From IMG/VR virus record IMGVR_UViG_3300030117_006141, positions 1-64,000 of that record: a DNA stretch of 64,000 nt; one strand, given 5' to 3'. Under the pieces are notes generated by a model that worked only from the letters and a program-made list of their open reading frames with translations, did not search any database and had not been told where the DNA came from. A program made the translations under genes and the position numbers. Numbering within the stretch: the stretch's first letter is position 1; the number at the start of each line of letters is the position of its first letter. Origin of the DNA: a virus. Positions 58,874-64,000 of this stretch are shown here, piece by piece.

Positions 58874-58996
58874 TTATTGACTTTTCCTACCGATTCCATA
58901 AAAAGTTATGAACAATACTACGATAAATACTACTACCTTTAGTACTATTCTTAATTCGTTTACCTGTAGGCCTGGATCTCCGTTTAATTCAAACAT
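58874..58996 (-). CDS. 40-aa single-TM micro-protein (not in ORF track)
   Basis: MFELNGDPGLQVNELRIVLKVVVFIVVLFITFYGIGRKSQ, directly downstream of the promoter at 59018-59049. Confidence 0.55.
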   Translation of the reverse strand: MFELNGDPGLQVNELRIVLKVVVFIVVLFITFYGIGRKSQ

Positions 58997-59017
58997 ATTT
59001 ATTAATTATTTATAATA

Positions 59018-59049
59018 TAAATATACGTAAAATATTTCACTTTTCCAAA
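59018..59049 (-). promoter_or_regulatory. Host-type (Bacteroidota -33/-7) promoter TTTGG-N17-CGTATATTTA (representative of 10 sites)
   Basis: The same 17-nt spacing is found at 26515-26546, 49746-49777, 51779-51810, 54720-54751, 58859-58890, 60317-60348, 62020-62051, 62233-62264 and 62349-62380. Confidence 0.8.
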
Positions 59050-59127
59050 TATTTTCGCAGGTTTTTTCGGGTGGCGAGGCGAAAGTTATGAACCGCGCGG
59101 AGCGCGCCGTAAGCCCCGACGTATATA

Positions 59128-59325
59128 TTATTTATCATTATGATAATATCCTTCGGGTTCGTTCTCCATTCTTATAAATTCTCCGAGGGATACCATTACT
59201 TGAACATACTCATTAGGTTCATACATATCCTTAAATTTATTATTGGTAGTATGGTATTCAGTGATGTTATTATTAATAAGATCCTCCTTGAGAACCCATA
59301 TAACTACTTGTTTAATATTCGCCAT
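59128..59325 (-). CDS. Hypothetical protein
   Basis: 65 aa ORF. Confidence 0.5.
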   Translation of the reverse strand: MANIKQVVIWVLKEDLINNNITEYHTTNNKFKDMYEPNEYVQVMVSLGEFIRMENEPEGYYHNDK

Positions 59326-59579
59326 ATCTTATTTAATTCTTTCATTTGGTATTTTAATAAACTGGAACTACTTGATGAGAACAAGACCTCTCTACATTCA
59401 TGGAATAAATCTGGTATAGTATCTACATCATATTCGGCACTACTCATTTTATCAGGATTATCTATTATATACGACCATATACGTAATAACTTCATATATT
59501 GATTAGAGTTATTATATATAGGAGTACCTACAGACATAGGAGGTTTAATAGTATGATCTTGTTTAATATACTTACTCAT
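59304..59579 (-). CDS. Hypothetical protein
   Basis: 91 aa, with C-terminal KYQMKELNKIWR motif. Confidence 0.55.
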   Translation of the reverse strand: MSKYIKQDHTIKPPMSVGTPIYNNSNQYMKLLRIWSYIIDNPDKMSSAEYDVDTIPDLFHECREVLFSSSSSSLLKYQMKELNKIWRILNK

Positions 59580-59790
59580 CTTTATTATCTTTACTACCTG
59601 TAATATTATTAAGAGCCTTCTCGAATAGGTCTCTAGTCTCCATATGGGGATGTTCGTCCCTTAGCCTATTAGTCTCTTTATCAAATTGCTTATTGACGCC
59701 AAGGCGATTCACTTCCTCCATAATGTGTATTAATTTATCTTCCCAATGTCCCATTAATAGTTTCCTTCTCCGTAGGTATATACTTCCCAC
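59572..59790 (-). CDS. Hypothetical protein (true start probably MGHWEDK)
   Basis: Co-oriented ORF overlapping the next start codon. Confidence 0.5.
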   Translation of the reverse strand: MGSIYLRRRKLLMGHWEDKLIHIMEEVNRLGVNKQFDKETNRLRDEHPHMETRDLFEKALNNITGSKDNKDE

Positions 59791-59837
59791 ATACGCAAGA
59801 CGACATACTACCTACTATTATTAATATCGTTATTATT

Positions 59838-60029
59838 CTAATCATTATCTTTTATTTTATTCCAAACCCTTTCATGTATATAATACATTAAAGCACCTGT
59901 TACATTCATTATAAGAGCGTTCCATAAAGGACTGGATGTTAGCAAAGCTGCTAGGATCAAATAACTATTTATTATAGCTATTATTCTCCAACTTACCGTC
60001 TTAGAGAAACTCCTCTTTCTACTATCCAC
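59838..60029 (-). CDS. DUF2061-like small membrane protein
   Basis: SRKRSFSKTVSWRI...YYIHERVW. Confidence 0.8.
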   Translation of the reverse strand: MDSRKRSFSKTVSWRIIAIINSYLILAALLTSSPLWNALIMNVTGALMYYIHERVWNKIKDND

Positions 60030-60310
60030 TATTTGTATTGTTTATACATTCTATTCATTGCAATTAAGTCTTCCTTAGCTACCCTATGATGTACTCCGTA
60101 TCTCTTTATATCCCTTAATACACGCTTAACGAAACCACAAGGTCCATTCCTTTCCCTTAATAGAGAATATAACATTGTGATCTTTTCATATAGAGGATGG
60201 AATTCATGTGTTATATCCCTAGCTACAGTATCTCCATAATCTCCTGGTCCACTAGTGTAGGTGTAGTATCTTCCTACCCTTCCTAGTTCTAAATCGCTCT
60301 TTGTTTCCAT
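60029..60310 (-). CDS. Hypothetical protein
   Basis: 93 aa, with C-terminal KEDLIAMNRMYK motif and a host-type promoter upstream. Confidence 0.55.
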   Translation of the reverse strand: METKSDLELGRVGRYYTYTSGPGDYGDTVARDITHEFHPLYEKITMLYSLLRERNGPCGFVKRVLRDIKRYGVHHRVAKEDLIAMNRMYKQYK

Positions 60311-60630
60311 AGTTGATTAATATACAAAATTTATTTTAATTATCCAACACTATTGTTGTTTTTCTTATACTCACACATACTATGTGTAATGTGTGTATGA
60401 AACCCATTTGGCAAAAAAATAGGTTCGCGATATGAATCGGTCAGTGCCTCAAAAAATTTATAAAAACTTTTGGGATGACCCGATAACCTCCCCCACGCGC
60501 GAGCTAGGAACTGAAGTAACCCCTACCCGGGTGAAGTAAATTAACTGTTCATAACTTTTCATATCTTTTTTTATTTATGAATACTTACGAACCACCCTAT
60601 TGTTCATTACTATAATAATGAAGTAGGAAA

Positions 60631-60675
60631 GGTGAAGTACTATACTGTCTATCTCTATATCGTATGTACTCCACC
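60631..60675 (-). terminator. Probable intrinsic terminator after the AAA+ gene
   Basis: On the minus strand, GGUGGAGUAC/GUACUUCACC forms a 10-bp stem (the G-U pair works only on this strand), followed by UUUCCU. Confidence 0.65.
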
Positions 60676-60692
60676 TCTAGAGTGTTAATCAC

Positions 60693-61844
60693 CTACTCCG
60701 CGTCCTCCATATCTTCGGTATTAAATAGATCCTCATTAGATCCATCGTCACAGTACTTCTGAACTAATTGCTTAACAAACGTTCTCTCACTATCTACTCC
60801 TCCGTCGTTACTATATTGAGGGTATATAGTTATCTCTGCTGCCTCTCCTAATGTAAAGCCATCATATAGTAGTCCTGCTATCTCTACGGCAGTTCTAGTA
60901 GATACCCCAGACTCTATACGTCCAGTCTCATTAGCTGCCTCTATACGTGTGTTAGTACATATCTCAGCTACATTATCTAATACCTTACTATCTACCCTTG
61001 GATATAATGATTGTAATAGATCAGACTCTTCGTCCTTACCTAGTAGGTCTACCTCTATAATAGTAAATCTATCTACTAAGGCTTTATCCATTACTCTAGT
61101 ACTAGTATATTCGTTACCTATATTAGCAGTCGCTATAAAGGTTACTCCGTCAGCTACTTTAATAGTTTCCTGACCTTCAGATTCATCTAGTCTAAGATAT
61201 CTCTGTCCATAGTCTAATACAGTCATTAGGATATTCCAAGCATCAGGATGTGCCCTTGATAACTCGTCCATTAGGATTACAGCGTTAGGTGTCTGGATCG
61301 CCTTAACGAATAAAGACTCGCTAAAGTGTGTGCCCTTCTCCTTGTCGAATTGAACATTACCGATTAGGGTAGCACGAGGATCTTGAGTAGCTCCTAGATT
61401 GAAATAGAAGTCAGGTCGATCCAGACCATTAACTAATGCCTTTGCAGCTAGTGTTTTACCACATCCTGCCGGTCCTACCATCATAATATTCTTACCTCTT
61501 ACGGCACTTCTTATAAGGTATTTCCACTTTAACTCAGGCATTTTTAGTGTATTAGGCTTTAGGTCATAAGACGTATTAATGAAATTCATTACCTCTAATT
61601 GCTCTTGAGGCACTTTTTCCGTCTTAGCTGACTCACGATTATGAGCTTTTACAGCCTTATTATACACTGACATTGGTACTTGTTTCCATGTAGTACCTGT
61701 AAATTCGATGGCATTTCCATTATCAGCCACCTTAGATTTCATTTGCGAATACAGTTTTCCTGGTAAACTAGATACAAAATTACCTGTTGCATCCTTTACT
61801 TGATACTTACCATCTACTCTTTCGACTTTAAATACATTTAACAT
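60693..61844 (-). CDS. MoxR-family (CobS/CbbQ/NirQ-like) AAA+ ATPase
   Basis: GPAGCGKT, ILMDELSR, FIATAN and ALVDRF. Confidence 0.92.
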   Translation of the reverse strand: MLNVFKVERVDGKYQVKDATGNFVSSLPGKLYSQMKSKVADNGNAIEFTGTTWKQVPMSVYNKAVKAHNRESAKTEKVPQEQLEVMNFINTSYDLKPNTLKMPELKWKYLIRSAVRGKNIMMVGPAGCGKTLAAKALVNGLDRPDFYFNLGATQDPRATLIGNVQFDKEKGTHFSESLFVKAIQTPNAVILMDELSRAHPDAWNILMTVLDYGQRYLRLDESEGQETIKVADGVTFIATANIGNEYTSTRVMDKALVDRFTIIEVDLLGKDEESDLLQSLYPRVDSKVLDNVAEICTNTRIEAANETGRIESGVSTRTAVEIAGLLYDGFTLGEAAEITIYPQYSNDGGVDSERTFVKQLVQKYCDDGSNEDLFNTEDMEDAE

Positions 61845-61873
61845 ACACTCTATTTTTTAATTTAACACTCTTT

Positions 61874-62012
61874 AATAAGAACAGGACCGGGCGCAATTGA
61901 GATTTTATGCTAGATTAAATTTCTCCTTTTAGCTGTTAGACTCGTCGTCGTGAGCTCCTTTGGCGCATTATTGAGATTTTGCTATTGAATCCTCCCGGAT
62001 CCCTTTCTTATT
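61874..62012 (-). ncRNA. Candidate structured RNA/leader with a closing stem and two internal direct repeats
   Basis: Closing stem AAUAAGAA..GGA.CCGGG / CCCGG-UCC..UUCUUAUU. Repeats at 61890-61912 and 61962-61984. Begins just downstream of the promoter at 62020-62051. Confidence 0.6.
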
Positions 62013-62068
62013 TATATTATAAATATACGAACTTTTTCGCACATATACAACCTTTTTCTCAGTTATTT

Positions 62069-62206
62069 TTATAAAGTTATGAACAATCCGAATATAATAA
62101 CCACTACTCCGAGGGTCATATATAGCCTATTCATCTCTTTTTTTCCCTGGTTTAGGTCATCTTCTGTGACTAATGGTGGGAATGGGTTTCTATAGTTTGT
62201 AATCAT
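62069..62206 (-). CDS. 45-aa C-terminal TM micro-protein (not in ORF track)
   Basis: MITNYRNPFPPLVTEDDLNQGKKEMNRLYMTLGVVVIIFGLFITL, with its own promoter at 62233-62264. Confidence 0.55.
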   Translation of the reverse strand: MITNYRNPFPPLVTEDDLNQGKKEMNRLYMTLGVVVIIFGLFITL

Positions 62207-62549
62207 AACTTTAAATCTTTATATCTTATATATAAAGATACGTAAAATTTTCCAATTATCCAAATTTTTTGACAGGTTTTTTCAGATTTTTTTGTAATTG
62301 TTCATAACTTTTTATTATTATTATAGGAATAGTCCTCCCAATATAATATAAATATACGAAAAATAAACGTAATTTCCAAATTTTTTTGCATAAATCGGCC
62401 TGCGATCTACCCTATCTTAGACAGTCTAGGACAGGCAATAACACGGGTTGGGTGAATAAGTATACGTCTGGAAGGAGATCTCGCAGTATATCGCCTCTAA
62501 ATAGCCTTAAATTGAATGGATTATAGGACAGGAAGTCCCACCATAAAAA

Positions 62550-62577
62550 AAAGTTACGAACAATTATTCATAACTTT
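62550..62577. repeat. Inverted pair of the 13-bp AAAGTTATGAACA motif (DnaA-box-like)
   Basis: AAAGTTACGAACA-AT-TATTCATAACTTT. Further copies at 58902, 59082, 60546, 62073 and 62299. Confidence 0.7.
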
Positions 62578-62722
62578 GTATAGGGTTTTGCTGGGAGGAA
62601 AAATGAAAAGGGAGGGAGGCATGCGTGTGTCAAAATATCAAAAATCTTACATACTAGATACCAAAAATACGTAGATAAGTATCTGGTTTATCATATTATC
62701 GTATACATTGTAATTAGGGATC

Positions 62723-62803
62723 CTAAATAGCTAGGAGGAATATAGCTATCATCATTATGATATAGATGGCTGGTGTTATGTCTATCTTATTAGTCTCGTT
62801 CAT
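62723..62803 (-). CDS. 26-aa TM micro-protein (not in ORF track)
   Basis: MNETNKIDITPAIYIIMMIAIFLLAI, with a late-type motif at 62807-62815. Confidence 0.45.
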   Translation of the reverse strand: MNETNKIDITPAIYIIMMIAIFLLAI

Positions 62804-63000
62804 GTATATAAATAGGCAGAATGGTTGCTAGGCTGATGACCTAAACATGAAATTTACATGAATTTAATGGTTCGGGTTCTTCAGGTATTCTCTTATTATA
62901 TAGATACAGTATGTAAGGGCTGGTGATCCCATAGCTAATAACCATAGGATTGAGGGATGTCCTTCCCCACATGCTCCGGTAAAGTGTCTTAAAAATTCTA

Positions 63001-63183
63001 TCATTTGTGTACGTCCATAAAGTTCTTAACTAATACATATAGTGCCCAAGGCCATGCTAATACTATGAAGAGTCGTTCTCTCCATCCTAGGTAATGCTTT
63101 GGGTTATCAGGTTCTAGGTATAACCAATGTAATATATCTACTATACCCATAAATACTACACCTAATATTAAATATGCTGTCAT
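63001..63183 (-). CDS. Small two-TM protein
   Basis: 60 aa with two hydrophobic segments. Confidence 0.6.
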   Translation of the reverse strand: MTAYLILGVVFMGIVDILHWLYLEPDNPKHYLGWRERLFIVLAWPWALYVLVKNFMDVHK

Positions 63184-63326
63184 TTCTTATTTCTTTCTTT
63201 TTCTTCTAACTTCTTTATATTATCTAATAACTTATCATTACTGTCATCACTCATATAACTGGATAGGATTGCCACTACTCCAAATGAGATGATTCCTATT
63301 GTTATTATTATTAATATATTTTCCAT
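63180..63326 (-). CDS. 48-aa N-terminal TM micro-protein (not in ORF track)
   Basis: MENILIIITIGIISFGVVAILSSY..., with ATGA overlap to the next gene. Confidence 0.55.
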   Translation of the reverse strand: MENILIIITIGIISFGVVAILSSYMSDDSNDKLLDNIKKLEEKERNKK

Positions 63327-63430
63327 TATTTTCTCTTTGTGTTCTTATCTATATGTCTTTCTATCTGACTCGATATATACATTCCTAACGCTACTCCTGC
63401 GCATAAGATAGTTAAATGTGATATTACCAT
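63326..63430 (-). CDS. 34-aa TM micro-protein (not in ORF track)
   Basis: MVISHLTILCAGVALGMYISSQIERHIDKNTKRK, with TAATG coupling on both sides. Confidence 0.55.
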   Translation of the reverse strand: MVISHLTILCAGVALGMYISSQIERHIDKNTKRK

Positions 63431-63642
63431 TACTTCCATGATTTAATTATTTCCTTTAGTTTATCTATTAATTCTAATACTTCCTCGGGTTCCATCGTTA
63501 TCGCACAACATACGTTAACGTTCTCCTCTATTTCCTCGAGTAATTTTAATGCTTCTTCTTTCATATTATACGGACAATTAGTACATCCATTCTTACAACA
63601 ATAACCTCTATTTAATAAGAATTCCCTGCTTAAAGGTTCCAT
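63430..63642 (-). CDS. Cys-rich DUF5522-like protein
   Basis: LSREFLLNRGYCCKNGCTNCPY. Confidence 0.65.
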   Translation of the reverse strand: MEPLSREFLLNRGYCCKNGCTNCPYNMKEEALKLLEEIEENVNVCCAITMEPEEVLELIDKLKEIIKSWK

Positions 63643-63730
63643 TATATATCAAGATCATCATCTACTTGTCTAATGATATGGTCGTAAACGAATTTACTCC
63701 AACATTTCTTTATTTTATTATATAGTCTTC

Positions 63731-63805
63731 TCATTTATCTATACTCAAATATAATACGATAGATGCCACAAATAAACAACCACATAAATACAATACTAAT
63801 CCCAT
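63731..63805 (-). CDS. 24-aa TM micro-protein (not in ORF track)
   Basis: MGLVLYLCGCLFVASIVLYLSIDK, with ATGA coupling to the next small ORF. Confidence 0.45.
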   Translation of the reverse strand: MGLVLYLCGCLFVASIVLYLSIDK

Positions 63806-63903
63806 TTATCTTGATCTTTCTTTGCTTTATATAACAATAGTCCTATTATAGTAGGGATGGCTAACATTGTTACCACCATTAATATATCTTCTATTATTCC
63901 CAT
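63796..63903 (-). CDS. 35-aa TM micro-protein (not in ORF track)
   Basis: MGIIEDILMVVTMLAIPTIIGLLLYKAKKDQDKWD. Confidence 0.45.
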   Translation of the reverse strand: MGIIEDILMVVTMLAIPTIIGLLLYKAKKDQDKWD

Positions 63904-64000
63904 ATTGTATCTCCATCATTACCTATCCACATCTTCTCTTCATCGGACTCTAATAAATCATATAAATCTGATCTATTCCAATCTCTGTCGGAAGGTTCAT

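Noticed and set aside
2716-61173. Many plus-strand ORFs in the six-frame track (e.g. 22933..23712, 44607..45125)
   Set aside because: They lie antisense to well-supported minus-strand genes, have shadow-like Phe/Ser/Leu-rich composition and lack expression signals.
61874-62012. preQ1 or SAM-II riboswitch
   Set aside because: Only fragments (UAGC loop, GCUAAAA) resemble them, and I could not fit the full consensus.
58902-62577. CRISPR mini-array from the 13-bp repeats or the 61890/61962 repeats
   Set aside because: The repeats are too short, irregularly spaced and in mixed orientation, and the two longer copies differ by indels. No cas genes are present.
1-64000. Stop-codon reassignment
   Set aside because: Genes are full length and densely packed in code 11, and TAA, TAG and TGA all end genes at sensible boundaries.

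Overview
This is a 64 kb AT-rich segment of a large T4-like (myovirus-type) phage genome, with essentially all genes on the minus strand in standard code 11. The host is most likely Bacteroidota: the promoters read TTTG-N20-TAnnTT[T/A]A, signal peptides have Gln at +1, the tmRNA tag starts with Gly after AACU, and a GCTxP..DDGSC motif is present. The layout from left to right is: head/packaging genes (portal, large terminase, probable internal head proteins); tail fibres and tail proteins with an embedded resolvase/primase/Mre11-Rad50 operon; baseplate genes (gp5-, gp25-, gp6-like); a gp55-like late sigma factor; accessory genes (HD hydrolase, lysozyme-like protein, Hsp20, beta-barrel OMP); and an early region with a MoxR AAA+/vWA pair, tandem host-type promoters and membrane micro-proteins. 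The most notable observations are: (1) a very small circularly permuted two-piece tmRNA; (2) several transcripts (hsp20, OMP, AAA+, tmRNA coding piece) each enclosed by its own sequence-unrelated 5'/3' inverted repeat; (3) a [ST]-[GAS]-S motif concentrated in tail proteins; (4) a nucleotidyltransferase/ligase-like polyprotein punctuated by prohead-protease-like sites; and (5) a split between SD-led and SD-less genes. All protein calls come from motif recognition by eye. No searches were run.
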